Below are positions 1 to 10,372 of a DNA stretch of 64,000 bases, one piece after another. Location: positions 27,115 to 91,114 of the forward strand of contig QBZY01000003.1 in the NCBI GenBank assembly GCA_003282155.1, read 5' to 3'. A program made the translations under genes and the position numbers. Below the pieces are notes generated by a model. That model saw only the letters and a program-made list of their open reading frames with translations. It did not search any database and was not told the DNA's origin. The DNA is from Pelagibacteraceae bacterium AG-337-I02 (GTDB lineage Bacteria; Pseudomonadota; Alphaproteobacteria; HIMB59; GCA-002718135). Position 1 is the first letter of the stretch; each line of letters begins with the position of its first letter.

Positions 1-312
1 ATCATTTTTATTTAGGTAAGCCTTTATTGCTTCTACTACCCAATTTTCATAACCATAATCATTTGAAAAACATGTTATTAAATTTACATTATTAAAAGTA
101 GACGAATTAACTCTAGCTACTTTTGCAAAGTCTACGCTAACATGACTAGCTATTGAAGAGCTACCACCATTACCAACTATATAAACTTTTCCTTTTTGCT
201 TTTGTGTTTTTTTTATCAAATTAATTGATTTTCCAAATAATTTATCATCAGTATTTAATAGCAAATTAAAAATGGACTTACTGTAATTATTAAATTGCTC
301 TCTATGTTTCAT
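1..312 (-). CDS. SIS-domain sugar-phosphate isomerase, GmhA/DiaA-like (5' end complete, 3' end cut by window edge)
   Basis: Not in the ORF track because it runs off the window. My translation from the ATG at 310-312 (minus) gives MKHREQFNNYSKSIF...KGKVYIVGNGGSSSIASHVSVDFAKV...TCFSNDYGYENWVVEAIKAY. The GNGGS-x5-H-x3-DF and NDYGYE stretches match the phosphoheptose-isomerase family pattern. Confidence 0.6.
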   Translation of the reverse strand, partial: MKHREQFNNYSKSIFNLLLNTDDKLFGKSINLIKKTQKQKGKVYIVGNGGSSSIASHVSVDFAKVARVNSSTFNNVNLITCFSNDYGYENWVVEAIKAYLNKND

Positions 313-646
313 TATTTTTAATATTATCTATTTTTGCAGCTAAAATAAAATCATTTATTGATAATCCATTTATAGCATGTGTATGAACCATTATTAAACA
401 ATACCCCCAACCAATAGATATATCAGGGTGGTGACCTTCTGTTTCTGCAATTTCTCCTACTTTATTTGCAAATGATATTGCTTTATTGAAATTACTAAAT
501 TTAAATTTTTTGAAAATCATTTCTTGATTATCATTTACTGACCATTCATTGAGTTCAGATAAAAATTTACTAATTTCTTGATAATCTAATTTAGGAGTAT
601 TCCCATTACATGGTTCACACTTCTCAGAAAATAAAGGTTTATTCAT
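302..646 (-). CDS. pterin-4a-carbinolamine dehydratase (PCD/DCoH family)
   Basis: Track ORF is 302..676, but its first codon is TTG. The first ATG (644-646) leaves only an 8-nt overlap with the upstream gene. Motif AETEGHHPD...VHTHAINGLSINDF is the PCD signature. Confidence 0.8.
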   Translation of the reverse strand: MNKPLFSEKCEPCNGNTPKLDYQEISKFLSELNEWSVNDNQEMIFKKFKFSNFNKAISFANKVGEIAETEGHHPDISIGWGYCLIMVHTHAINGLSINDFILAAKIDNIKNNET

Positions 647-1592
647 AAAATCTGGCACCTTGTTGATTGAGTTCAATGGAATATAAACTAGTTGTGGCTG
701 TTATGTACAAAATACTTCCTTCCACTCCTCCAAATTCTAAATTTGATACTAATTCAGGGATAATAAGTTGCCCAATTAATTCTTTTTGCGGATTAAAACA
801 TTTAATTGCTTTTCCCGCACTTGTCCAAACATTACCATCCTTGTCACATCTGAAACCATCGGAGAAAAAGGGTTTAAAATCATAAATTAATTTTCTATTC
901 ATGGGTAATCCTTCAATCATATCATAAACATACAAATGTTTGATATTTTCTCCAGTATCTGCAACATATAATTTTTTTTCGTCTGGGGAAATCGCTATAC
1001 CATTTGGTCTATCAAGATCGTCAATCATAACTTTTAAAGTATTTAATTTAGGATCAAAAGAAAACACATTACAGCCACCATATTCTTGCTCGCCAGGATA
1101 TCCTTCATAATCTGATAAAATACCGTAAGGTGGATCTGTAAACCAAATTGTATCATCCGATTTAACAAATAGGTCGTTTGGAGAGTTAAGTTTCTTACCA
1201 TTATAACTATCAACTAAGACTTTTACTTCTAAATTATCGTTAGTTTTATAGATACATCTTCCTCCATGTGAACAAGAAATTACATTTTCTTCTTTATCAA
1301 TAGTATTTCCATTACAATAGTTTGAGGGATTTTTATATTCAGATACTAAACCATTTGACAACTTTAGCATCCTGTTATTTGGTATATCGCTCCAAACTAA
1401 TGTATCTAAATGAGGAATATAAGCTGGTCCTTCTCCCCATAACATTCCAGAAAAAACTTTTTTAAGTTCAGTAGACTTTAGATAATTATTAAATTGATCA
1501 GTATTTTCTACATGTTCATTATATTTGTTTTTGTAAGCAAAACTTGGATTTCTTGGATCTAATTCAGCAGGTAATAATTTTTTATCTGTCAT
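639..1592 (-). CDS. SMP-30/gluconolactonase/LRE-family lactonase
   Basis: Track ORF is 639..1631. The internal ATG at 1590-1592 removes the overlap with the upstream gene. Propeller-type motifs: EGPAY, NSPNDLFV, TDPPYG, RPNGIAISPDEKKLYVADTG, DGFRCDKDGNVW. Confidence 0.75.
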   Translation of the reverse strand: MTDKKLLPAELDPRNPSFAYKNKYNEHVENTDQFNNYLKSTELKKVFSGMLWGEGPAYIPHLDTLVWSDIPNNRMLKLSNGLVSEYKNPSNYCNGNTIDKEENVISCSHGGRCIYKTNDNLEVKVLVDSYNGKKLNSPNDLFVKSDDTIWFTDPPYGILSDYEGYPGEQEYGGCNVFSFDPKLNTLKVMIDDLDRPNGIAISPDEKKLYVADTGENIKHLYVYDMIEGLPMNRKLIYDFKPFFSDGFRCDKDGNVWTSAGKAIKCFNPQKELIGQLIIPELVSNLEFGGVEGSILYITATTSLYSIELNQQGARFYE

Positions 1593-1593
1593 A

Positions 1594-2529
1594 TTATACC
1601 TGTACACCTTTTTGTTTTTTTTGTTCATCAATTAATTGTCTAGGAAAATTTTTTGCTCTTAATTTAATTTTTGCATCTTTTTCAATTAATTTAACAATAC
1701 CAGTACTAAATGACCTTTCGCCTAAAATTTTCATACCTAGTTTAAATTTTTTACTTAGATAATTTCCCAGTTCTAATTTTATATTTTTTCCAAGTTTATT
1801 AAAAAGATTAATATCTTTATTAACTAGATCCATTGTAAATCCCACATCATAACTACCCCCTAGTATTACTTTTGTTTCAGTTTCATTAACAAAACTATTT
1901 CCAGAGCTTATTTTTATAGCTTTATATGTTAAGCCTAAATTAATTTTATTTTTCTTTGCAACGCTTAGAGCTTCGCCTATACCTAATAAATGTAATGATG
2001 CTAAATAATTTGTAATTACTTTTAATATTGAGGCATTTCCTATTTTTCCACAATATAAAATTTCATGACCAAGTAATGATAAAATAGAGAATGAATTATT
2101 AAAAGTTGATTTATTACCTGCTACAAAAATTGATATATTTCCTGATTTGGCTCTGTGTTCACCTCCAGTTATTGGACACTCTAATACCCTAGCACCTTTA
2201 GAATTTACTTTTTTTGATAACCTAATCATTTCATCTTTATCTGTAGTACTCATTTCAATCCAAATATGTTTTTTTGTTAAATATTTTAATAAAGTTTCTA
2301 CAACATTTTTCACTGCTATGGGAGAAGGCAGACATGTTATTATTATATTACTTTTTTCCGCTAATTCTTTTAAAGTTTTACAGGGTTTGTTTTTTAATTT
2401 TTTTAATCTTGAATAAGATTTATTATTTTTATCATAAACAAATAAATTATTATCTGATTTTAATAAATTATTTGCAAGGTTAAAACCAACGTTTCCAATT
2501 CCTATGAAACCAATAGATTCTGATTTCAT
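1594..2529 (-). CDS. NAD(P)-dependent beta-hydroxyacid dehydrogenase (3-hydroxyisobutyrate / 6-phosphogluconate dehydrogenase-like family)
   Basis: N-terminal Rossmann motif GFIGIGNVG. Central motif GNASILKVITNYL is typical of the HIBADH family. Length is 311 aa. Confidence 0.75.
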   Translation of the reverse strand: MKSESIGFIGIGNVGFNLANNLLKSDNNLFVYDKNNKSYSRLKKLKNKPCKTLKELAEKSNIIITCLPSPIAVKNVVETLLKYLTKKHIWIEMSTTDKDEMIRLSKKVNSKGARVLECPITGGEHRAKSGNISIFVAGNKSTFNNSFSILSLLGHEILYCGKIGNASILKVITNYLASLHLLGIGEALSVAKKNKINLGLTYKAIKISSGNSFVNETETKVILGGSYDVGFTMDLVNKDINLFNKLGKNIKLELGNYLSKKFKLGMKILGERSFSTGIVKLIEKDAKIKLRAKNFPRQLIDEQKKQKGVQV

Positions 2530-3278
2530 ATGTTAATAATCATACCATCATATCCAGGCATAACATTTGGTGGGCATTTATCCTTCAGTTGCTTTTCATC
2601 AAGAAGTGCTGTCATATGAGTAAAAACCGTTTTTTTTGGTTTAATATAATTTACAAATTCCAAAACTTGCTCAAATCCTGCATGAGCTGGATGAGTATCT
2701 TCTCTTAATAAACCAACAATCCATAAATCTAGATTTTTTAATTTATCAATATCTTGATTATAAAATTTTTTTAAATCTGTAGAGTAAGCAAAATTTCCAA
2801 TCTTGTATGTTTGAACATCAATTGAACCATGATTATGTTTAAATGTTTCTATATAAGTTCCTTTAATAGAAAAATTATTTACTAAGTTTTCAATTTTCAT
2901 AAACGGCAAATAATCTTTATCACCTTTAAATATATATTTATAAAAAACTTCCATTTTGGATTTCATTTCTTCTGGCATGTAGGCAGGTATTATTTTTTGA
3001 TTTATTAAAGACATTGCACGCATATCAGGTAAACCAGATGTGTGATCTGAATGTTCATGAGTATATAAAACTGCATCTATATTTGTGCACTTAGTATTAT
3101 AGAGTTGTTGCCTTAAATCTGGACTTGTATCAATTAATATATTGTTATTATTATCTTCAATGAGGACTGATGACCTAGTTCTAAAATTTCTTTTATTATT
3201 AAGATCAATATTACCATGTCTATTCCATGCTAAAGGAGATCCAAAAGATCCTCCACAACCTAAGATAGTTATTTTCAT
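2526..3278 (-). CDS. MBL-fold metallo-hydrolase (PhnP-like)
   Basis: HxHxDH motif (YTHEHSDHTSG). N-terminal ILGCGGSFGSP. Sits in the metG-tatD-MBL arrangement common in Alphaproteobacteria. Confidence 0.7.
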   Translation of the reverse strand: MKITILGCGGSFGSPLAWNRHGNIDLNNKRNFRTRSSVLIEDNNNNILIDTSPDLRQQLYNTKCTNIDAVLYTHEHSDHTSGLPDMRAMSLINQKIIPAYMPEEMKSKMEVFYKYIFKGDKDYLPFMKIENLVNNFSIKGTYIETFKHNHGSIDVQTYKIGNFAYSTDLKKFYNQDIDKLKNLDLWIVGLLREDTHPAHAGFEQVLEFVNYIKPKKTVFTHMTALLDEKQLKDKCPPNVMPGYDGMIINI

Positions 3279-4060
3279 TATAAATAATTATCTCTTTTAG
3301 CTCTCGTAAACAAATTAAAAAAATTATTATCGGTAATTTTTTCAAATTCTTCTAGGGATATATTAAAAAAACTTGATAAATACTCTGCTGTATATTTGAC
3401 ATAAGAGGGTTCATTAATTTTACCTCTCATAGGTTCAGGGGCTAAAAATGGGCTATCAGTTTCAATAAGAATAGACTTTAAAGGTGCATTCTTAATTACA
3501 TCTCTTAGATTTGATGCATTTTTAAATGTAATTATCCCAGAAAGTGAGATGTAGTAATTGTTGTCTAAACAAAAATTTAATAATTGATGTGAACCAGTAA
3601 AACAATGAAAAACAAGTTTTAGATTATTTGATTTATAATGTTTCAAAATATCTATTATTTCTTTTTCAGAATTTCTTTGGTGGATGATTAAGGGTAATGA
3701 ATGTTTTATTGATGCTTGAATATGAGTTTCAAATACTTGTGTTTGTTCATTAAGTTGATTATGACTATGATATAAGTCGATTCCTGTCTCCCCTATTGCT
3801 ATAACTTTTTCATTTTTACAAGCTATATCAAAATTTTGTAATTGAATTTGATTAAATAACTCAACCTTATCAGGATGTAGACCAAATGAAAGGTAGATAA
3901 AATTATAATTCTTTATTAAATTTAAATGATCTTCAAAGTCTTTAGGATCAGTATTAATAGTTAACATCGAAGTTATATTATTTAGTTTTGAGTTATTAAT
4001 TATATTCTGAAAATTTTCAGATAATTCTTTAAAATTTAAATGACAATGTGAGTCAATCAT
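3278..4060 (-). CDS. TatD-family metal-dependent hydrolase/DNase
   Basis: N-terminal IDSHCHL, GETGIDLY, IETDSPFLAP motifs. Overlaps the metG stop by 8 nt. Confidence 0.85.
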   Translation of the reverse strand: MIDSHCHLNFKELSENFQNIINNSKLNNITSMLTINTDPKDFEDHLNLIKNYNFIYLSFGLHPDKVELFNQIQLQNFDIACKNEKVIAIGETGIDLYHSHNQLNEQTQVFETHIQASIKHSLPLIIHQRNSEKEIIDILKHYKSNNLKLVFHCFTGSHQLLNFCLDNNYYISLSGIITFKNASNLRDVIKNAPLKSILIETDSPFLAPEPMRGKINEPSYVKYTAEYLSSFFNISLEEFEKITDNNFFNLFTRAKRDNYL

Positions 4061-5573
4061 TCAATATTCTTGGAAATATTGGTTCTGGATTATTTATTTT
4101 TATATTTTGATTTATTAGTTTAGTAAAATTCTCAAATTTATTTTTGTCCATATTGTAGTTAAAAATATTAAGAATTTTTTTAGAACTATTTGGTATTATT
4201 GGATAGAGCATAATAGCTGATTTAATAATTATGTTTGTAACAATATATAAAACTTCTTCCATTCTAATTTTATTTGTTTTTTTAAGTGACCAAGGCGCTT
4301 GAGTGTCAACATATACGTTACCTGCAGATATTAACTCCAAGACAGACTTAATTGCTCTATCAATTTGTTGATTATCCATAAATTTACAATATTCATCAAA
4401 TTTATTTTGAAGAATATTAATTAAAGCCTGATCTTCATTAGTTAAATTTTCTGCTGGTTTTAGTAAAGAATTATTATTTTTTACAGCAAATGATGAAATC
4501 CTTTGTACTAAATTACCAAAATTATTAGATAAATCTGCGTTAATTCTATTTGCAATTGCTTTTTTTGAAAAATCTCCATCATTTCCAAATGGTACTTCTC
4601 TGAATAAAAAAAACCTAATTTGATCCAACCCATATTCATTAATAATTTCGTAAGGATCGATGACATTACCAAGTGATTTAGAAATTTTTTGCCCTTCATT
4701 GGTCCACCAACCATGAGCAAATATTCTTTTAGGTGGCTCGATACCCGAAGCCATTAAAAAAGCTGGCCAATACACTGCATGAAATCTTAGTATATCTTTT
4801 CCTACAATGTGTGTTGCTGGCCAAAATTGCTTATAATTTTTATTATTTATATCTGGATAACCAATAGCAGTTAAGTAGTTACATAATGCATCAATCCAAA
4901 CATACATAACATGCTTAGAATTATTTGGAACTGGTACTCCCCAGTTAAAAGTTGTTCTTGAAATAGACAGGTCTTTTAATCCACCTTTAATAAAACTTAA
5001 GACTTCGTTATATCTTGTTTTTGGTAAAATTGATTCTGGATTTTTTTCATAATAATTTATTAGCTTATCTTGCCATTCTGAAAGTTTAAAAAAATAACTT
5101 TCCTCTTTAACCCACTCTACAGGCGATCCATTATCGGTAACATAATTACCATCAATCTTTTTTAATTCATTTTCTAAATAAAATGCTTCATCTCTAACAG
5201 AGTACCAACCTTCATAATTTGAAAGATATATTTGATTATTTTTTTCTAATTGCTTCCAAAGTTCTTGTGAAGATTTAATATGTCTTTCTTCAGTAGTTCT
5301 TATAAAATCATCAATTTCACATCCTAAGAAAGGAATTAAATTAATGAAATTAACTGAAAGTTTATCAACAAATTCTTTAGGTTTTAAGTTTGAATTAATA
5401 GCTGCTTTTTCTACTTTTTGCCCATGTTCATCCGTTCCTGTTAAAAAAAATACATTGTTACCTAATAATTTATTATATCGAGCAAAAATATCACAAGCAA
5501 TGCTTGTATAAGCATGACCTATATGAGGAATATCATTAGTGTAGTAAATTGGTGTAGTTATATAAAAATTCAT
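4053..5573 (-). CDS. metG: methionine--tRNA ligase
   Basis: HIGH motif (PHIGHAYT) and KMSKS motif (KISKSLGN). 506 aa, class I synthetase architecture. Confidence 0.95.
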   Translation of the reverse strand: MNFYITTPIYYTNDIPHIGHAYTSIACDIFARYNKLLGNNVFFLTGTDEHGQKVEKAAINSNLKPKEFVDKLSVNFINLIPFLGCEIDDFIRTTEERHIKSSQELWKQLEKNNQIYLSNYEGWYSVRDEAFYLENELKKIDGNYVTDNGSPVEWVKEESYFFKLSEWQDKLINYYEKNPESILPKTRYNEVLSFIKGGLKDLSISRTTFNWGVPVPNNSKHVMYVWIDALCNYLTAIGYPDINNKNYKQFWPATHIVGKDILRFHAVYWPAFLMASGIEPPKRIFAHGWWTNEGQKISKSLGNVIDPYEIINEYGLDQIRFFLFREVPFGNDGDFSKKAIANRINADLSNNFGNLVQRISSFAVKNNNSLLKPAENLTNEDQALINILQNKFDEYCKFMDNQQIDRAIKSVLELISAGNVYVDTQAPWSLKKTNKIRMEEVLYIVTNIIIKSAIMLYPIIPNSSKKILNIFNYNMDKNKFENFTKLINQNIKINNPEPIFPRILND

Positions 5574-5574
5574 T

Positions 5575-6558
5575 TTATTGAGTTAAAAAATTTAATATAA
5601 ATATTTTCTTATCAAGATTTAAACTTAATAATTCTTTTTGGTTATTAGTTAAATAATCAAATCTATCAATAAGATTTTTTTTGGTAAGATTTGAAGATAA
5701 AGACTCTAGTTCTTGATAATTTGGCATATTCATTAAGCTTTTATCATTTCTGTTTGTTTTCAATTTATTAGCAAGAATTAAGATAAATTTAAGCATTGAT
5801 AAATAATTGCTAAATTCATCATTAGTAAGTTTTGACAAAATATTTGATAAATTTATTTTATCATCATCTAGATCATTTGATAAAAGACATTTAATTGATA
5901 ATTGGAAAATATCTAAGAAATAATTATTATAATAAAGAATAGTTGTACCTGGTGATCCATACGTTAATTCAAAGTAAAAATTTATTTCCTCATTAGATAA
6001 TTCATCAATATTATCTTTAATGATATTAGTAAAATTAGTTAAATTATGGCTATTTAATTTAATTTTTAAACATCTCGATCTGATTGTTGCTAAAAGTAAC
6101 GAAATTTGGTTTGATAATAAAAAAATATATGTATTTTCTTTTGGTTCTTCTAGAATCTTAAGCATACTATTTGCAGAACTGATGTTTAAATAATCAGCAG
6201 AATCAACTATAACTATTTTAGAGGAATTTTTTATTATTGATGTTGAATTTAAAAATGTTCTTAATTTTCTTATTTGGTCAATAGTTATATTAGATTTGAT
6301 TTTTCCATTTTTGTTATCAATTTCTTTCTCAATTATTTTTATATTTGGATGAGTATTATTTTTAAATAAATTTAAATGATGATCAAAATTATTATTTTTA
6401 AATTCATAATTTAGAATATCTTTAACTAATTTGTTAAGAAAAGTTCTTTTACCAATACCACTCAATCCATGAATTAAAATTGAATTTGGAAGATTATTTG
6501 ATCTAAATTTATTAATAAGATCGTTATATTCTTTATCAAAACCAATTAATTTAGTCAT
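5575..6558 (-). CDS. holB: DNA polymerase III subunit delta'
   Basis: P-loop-like HGLSGIGKRTF and SRC sensor motif (TIRSRCLKI). Conserved position between tmk and metG. Confidence 0.8.
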   Translation of the reverse strand: MTKLIGFDKEYNDLINKFRSNNLPNSILIHGLSGIGKRTFLNKLVKDILNYEFKNNNFDHHLNLFKNNTHPNIKIIEKEIDNKNGKIKSNITIDQIRKLRTFLNSTSIIKNSSKIVIVDSADYLNISSANSMLKILEEPKENTYIFLLSNQISLLLATIRSRCLKIKLNSHNLTNFTNIIKDNIDELSNEEINFYFELTYGSPGTTILYYNNYFLDIFQLSIKCLLSNDLDDDKINLSNILSKLTNDEFSNYLSMLKFILILANKLKTNRNDKSLMNMPNYQELESLSSNLTKKNLIDRFDYLTNNQKELLSLNLDKKIFILNFLTQ

Positions 6559-6561
6559 TAA

Positions 6562-7173
6562 TTATATATTTAATTTTTTAATAATATTTTTATGAATAAT
6601 GTCTTTAGATAAAGATGCATCGACGGTTATGTATCTTTTTGCATTGGAAATTTTTTTGTAGCCTTGAATTACTCTTTGATGAAATAATAAGTTAGATTTA
6701 TCATATTTATTTTTAATTTTTCTTTGTTTTAGTCGTTTTATTATTTCTTTTGGGTCAATTTTGAAAATAAAAGTATAATCAGGGAAGAAGTTATTTAAGA
6801 GCTCCTTATGGAGTTTTTGAGCTTTTTTAATGCCAAATTTATTTACATATCCTTGATAAACAAAAGAGGAATCTGCATATCTATCTGAAATAACTATTTT
6901 ACCTTTATTGAGATTAGGAATAATTACTTTATTAATATGATTTGACCTAGCTGCCATAAGAAGAAGTAATTCTTCTAAATTATTAATCTTAGATTTATTA
7001 TCTAAAATTGATTTTCTTAATTTTTCTGCAAAATCAGTTCCACCAGGTTCTCTAGAGACAATAAAAGGAATTTTATTTTTTTTTAAATATTTAGATAAAA
7101 GTAATATTTGAGATGACTTTCCGCTAGCTTCTGGTCCTTCAAAACTGATAAATAAACCTTTATTTGATTTCAT
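6562..7173 (-). CDS. tmk: dTMP (thymidylate) kinase
   Basis: P-loop FISFEGPEASGKSSQ, SREPGGT, DRYADSS motifs. Confidence 0.9.
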   Translation of the reverse strand: MKSNKGLFISFEGPEASGKSSQILLLSKYLKKNKIPFIVSREPGGTDFAEKLRKSILDNKSKINNLEELLLLMAARSNHINKVIIPNLNKGKIVISDRYADSSFVYQGYVNKFGIKKAQKLHKELLNNFFPDYTFIFKIDPKEIIKRLKQRKIKNKYDKSNLLFHQRVIQGYKKISNAKRYITVDASLSKDIIHKNIIKKLNI

Positions 7174-8293
7174 CTAAACTTCTTCCAAAAATTAAGTATT
7201 TTGCTGCAGCAAAAATTTTAAATAAAGGATTTATTTCAGATACATCTTTTTCGGAAATAAGCGGTATTTCTATTTTTGGCTTTCCATCAATATTTATTGT
7301 TAATTTTCCTATTACATCACCTTTTTTGATTGGAGCAGATATAGGTTTTGTATATGTAATAGATGAGTTCATTAATTGAATTTGATCAAATGATAATGTT
7401 GATACTAATTTTTGTGCGCTTACTAAATTAATACTATTCTCACTACCCAGCCATACATCTACTTCTTTAATAAATTGGTCTTTCTCAACTAAAGTTTGTT
7501 GCGAAGTTTGATTAAAAGCCCAATTTATTAAATTAGAAGATTCATTTAATCTTGATCTAGAACTGTTTGTACCATTTATAACAACTGTAATCCTTCTTTC
7601 ATCCCTTAACGCTGAAGCAGCTATTCCCCAACCAGATTCTTTTGTAAAACCTGTTTTTAATCCATCAGCTCCTTGAACTTGATATAAAAGTTTATTTCTA
7701 TTTGGTTGAGTAATGTCGTTATAAGTAAATTCTTCCATTTTGAAATATGAATAGAGCTGAGGAAAATCTTTAACTAGTGCATTCGATAGAATTCCGAGAT
7801 CATAAACACTGGAATAGTGATTATCATCTGGCCATCCAGATGAATTAATAAAGTTTGTATTTGTCATGCCTAAGCGCTTTGCATAAACATTCATAAGTTT
7901 AGCAAAATCTTCTTCAGTACCACCTAAACATTCTGCTAAAGCTATAGAAGCATCATTTCCAGATTGAACAATTATACCCTTTAACAAATCATCAACTGTT
8001 ACATTATCATCTATCTCTAAAAATGTTCTAGAACCTCCCATTTTATATGCTTTAGGCGAAACTCTACATTCATTAGAAATTGAAAAATTGGTATTATTTA
8101 TTCTATCAAATGCAACATAAACAGTCATGATCTTAGTCATTGAAGCAGGTATAACTTTTGCATTAGAATTTTTGTCAAAAAGAACTTCATTTGTATCAAA
8201 ATCAATAACAACTGCCTGCTCTGCTTTTGTATCAATAGCGTAAAGTTTCAAAGAAATTATAAAAAATAAAAGAAAGCTAGAGATTTTTACCAT
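7160..8293 (-). CDS. D-alanyl-D-alanine carboxypeptidase (low-MW PBP, PBP5/6 type)
   Basis: Signal peptide plus SxxK (ASMTK), SxN (QSGND) and KTG (LKTGFT) motifs. Confidence 0.85.
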   Translation of the reverse strand: MVKISSFLLFFIISLKLYAIDTKAEQAVVIDFDTNEVLFDKNSNAKVIPASMTKIMTVYVAFDRINNTNFSISNECRVSPKAYKMGGSRTFLEIDDNVTVDDLLKGIIVQSGNDASIALAECLGGTEEDFAKLMNVYAKRLGMTNTNFINSSGWPDDNHYSSVYDLGILSNALVKDFPQLYSYFKMEEFTYNDITQPNRNKLLYQVQGADGLKTGFTKESGWGIAASALRDERRITVVINGTNSSRSRLNESSNLINWAFNQTSQQTLVEKDQFIKEVDVWLGSENSINLVSAQKLVSTLSFDQIQLMNSSITYTKPISAPIKKGDVIGKLTINIDGKPKIEIPLISEKDVSEINPLFKIFAAAKYLIFGRSLDEIK

Positions 8294-8328
8294 AAATATT
8301 AATAATTCTTAATTATGACCTTTATTTG

Positions 8329-9261
8329 TTATTCAATAAGAATTTTATTTTCCTTATAACCTTTTGAGATAAAGTATGAAACCAAATTATTTACTTCTGT
8401 ATTTTCTAAAGGGCCAATAATTACATCATATTTGGAATTATTTTTTTCAGAAGTATATTTTAGATTATTTTCATAATTATGTAATACTGATCGAATACTC
8501 TCATAATTTTCAAACCCTATTACTCTTAAATATAATTTAAAATCGGTTATTTTTTCTGATTTTAACTCAATTGGTTTCTCTATAATTGTGATAGTATCAT
8601 CAGTTTCTAAAATTTCTTCAATTTCTTCAATAGATACAATATCTGTTGGTGCAGAAGAGATGGTTTCGTCAAAATTTTCTTCATTCAATGAATTTGCAAC
8701 ACTCTTCCATTGCTTACTGGCGTCTAAAAGTATTTCTACTTTTACTGTAGCTATTTTAGCTTTATAAAACCCAAGAAGTTGAGCTACTTTTCTTGAAACC
8801 TGAATAACAACTGCATTATCATCATGTCTATCTATTATTTTAACATTTAAAGAAAGTCCATTATCCAAGTTAGTGACCTTGACCATACTTGGAATAGGAA
8901 GAGTTTTATGTCTACCAAGTAATTCTGTAACTTTATTTGAATCATTATTTACAGTTTTAATATTGTGTAACTCCTTTCCATAAAAAGAAGAAAGTCCAAT
9001 TTCTGAGTAATTATAATTTTCCTCTGGGGTATAACTAACCCCTTCAATAAAATAGGGTTCACCAACATAATAAAAAATATTATCTTTTGTTTGTTTATTG
9101 TTTGATTGATTTTTTTCTTTTTTAACTTCTTTTTTATTATCGATTATTTCTTCAATTTTATTAGTACTATTTTCTACAACATCAGTAACATTATCAAGAT
9201 ATAATTCATTACAAGAAAATACAAATAAAAGAAAAATTAAACTAATTAGATATTTTATCAC
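8329..9261 (-). CDS. rlpA: septal-ring lytic transglycosylase RlpA-family lipoprotein with C-terminal SPOR domain
   Basis: Lipobox (LFVFSC). DPBB core: GLSSFYGKELHN...RHKTLPIPSMVKVTNLDNGLSLNVKIIDR. SPOR-like C-terminus. The start codon at 9259-9261 is GTG. Confidence 0.8.
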   Translation of the reverse strand: MIKYLISLIFLLFVFSCNELYLDNVTDVVENSTNKIEEIIDNKKEVKKEKNQSNNKQTKDNIFYYVGEPYFIEGVSYTPEENYNYSEIGLSSFYGKELHNIKTVNNDSNKVTELLGRHKTLPIPSMVKVTNLDNGLSLNVKIIDRHDDNAVVIQVSRKVAQLLGFYKAKIATVKVEILLDASKQWKSVANSLNEENFDETISSAPTDIVSIEEIEEILETDDTITIIEKPIELKSEKITDFKLYLRVIGFENYESIRSVLHNYENNLKYTSEKNNSKYDVIIGPLENTEVNNLVSYFISKGYKENKILIE

Positions 9262-10279
9262 TTAGAAGACCTACTGATACAGCGTAATATGATGAACAAT
9301 TATAATAAAGAATATTTTTATAATTAGGATATACTATGAACATTCTTCCATCTATCCCATCTGGCATTATTAATCTAGCTTCTAAATCATTCCTGATTGG
9401 TAAAGGATCTCCATTGATTTTTGTAAATCCTAATTTTGACCATTCTGATAGTTTTTTTGGAATTGATCTACGTTTAACTGCACCACAACCTTTGGGATTT
9501 ATTTGTTTTATAGAATCAAAAAATGATGAAGAAATATTTTTTGTAGGGAGTACTTCTCTTCCCCAAGTACTATCATTAGACCATGGATTTTTATCTAAAG
9601 AAGTTAAATAATTTGCAGTACTTGCAAAAGCATCTGCATAACTATTCCATATATCAATTCCATCACCGTCCCAGTCATATGCAGTTTCTAAAAAGGTTGT
9701 TGGTATCATTTGGGTCATACCCACTGCACCACCCCAACTCCCTTTTAATTCCCCACTAGGAGCAAGATTTTTATCTAAAATTTCAAGAGCTGCAAATAAT
9801 TGTTTTTTATAAAAATCACTTCTTCTTCTATCAAATGCAAGAGTTGTGATTGCAATTATTGAATTTATTTTTCCTTGATTTCTTCCATAATAACTTTCCA
9901 TACCTAATACAGCTACAATAAATCTGGGTTGTATTTTAAAATACTCTCCAATTTCTTTTAATATATCTTTATGTTTTTTAAAAAAATTTTTTCCAGCAAA
10001 TATTTTATCTTTGGTAATGGTATAAAATAAATATTCATCTAAAGTCATTGTTGATGTTGGCTGACAACGATCACGCATAATAATTTTACTTTGTGGCTTA
10101 ACATTATTTAAATGCTTTGAGATAGTATTTTGACTTATACCTATATCTAAAGCTTCTTTTTTAATAGTTGAAAGCCAGCTACTCCACTCATAATCAGTTG
10201 GCATTTTTGGTTTTTCACAATCAGTTGAATAGGCGTTAAATGATATAAATAAAAATATTAATACAAACCTAAAAATCAT
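9242..10279 (-). CDS. lytic murein transglycosylase (MltB/SLT_2 family)
   Basis: Signal peptide. Motifs GMESYYG and GAVGMTQMIPTTF are typical of MltB-like transglycosylases. Confidence 0.85.
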   Translation of the reverse strand: MIFRFVLIFLFISFNAYSTDCEKPKMPTDYEWSSWLSTIKKEALDIGISQNTISKHLNNVKPQSKIIMRDRCQPTSTMTLDEYLFYTITKDKIFAGKNFFKKHKDILKEIGEYFKIQPRFIVAVLGMESYYGRNQGKINSIIAITTLAFDRRRSDFYKKQLFAALEILDKNLAPSGELKGSWGGAVGMTQMIPTTFLETAYDWDGDGIDIWNSYADAFASTANYLTSLDKNPWSNDSTWGREVLPTKNISSSFFDSIKQINPKGCGAVKRRSIPKKLSEWSKLGFTKINGDPLPIRNDLEARLIMPDGIDGRMFIVYPNYKNILYYNCSSYYAVSVGLLSDKISN

Positions 10280-10333
10280 TATATAAAATTACCAAAACTA
10301 TCGTTAATTAGGAAACAATATATAGTTAATATT

Positions 10334-10360
10334 TTGACTTTTTTATGTTGAAACTATAGT
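10334..10360 (+). promoter_or_regulatory. possible sigma-70-type promoter for tRNA-Ser
   Basis: TTGACT (10334-10339) and TATAGT (10355-10360) lie 12 nt upstream of the tRNA 5' end. The spacer is only 15 nt, so the call is tentative. Confidence 0.3.
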
Positions 10361-10372
10361 AAGCATTTAAGC

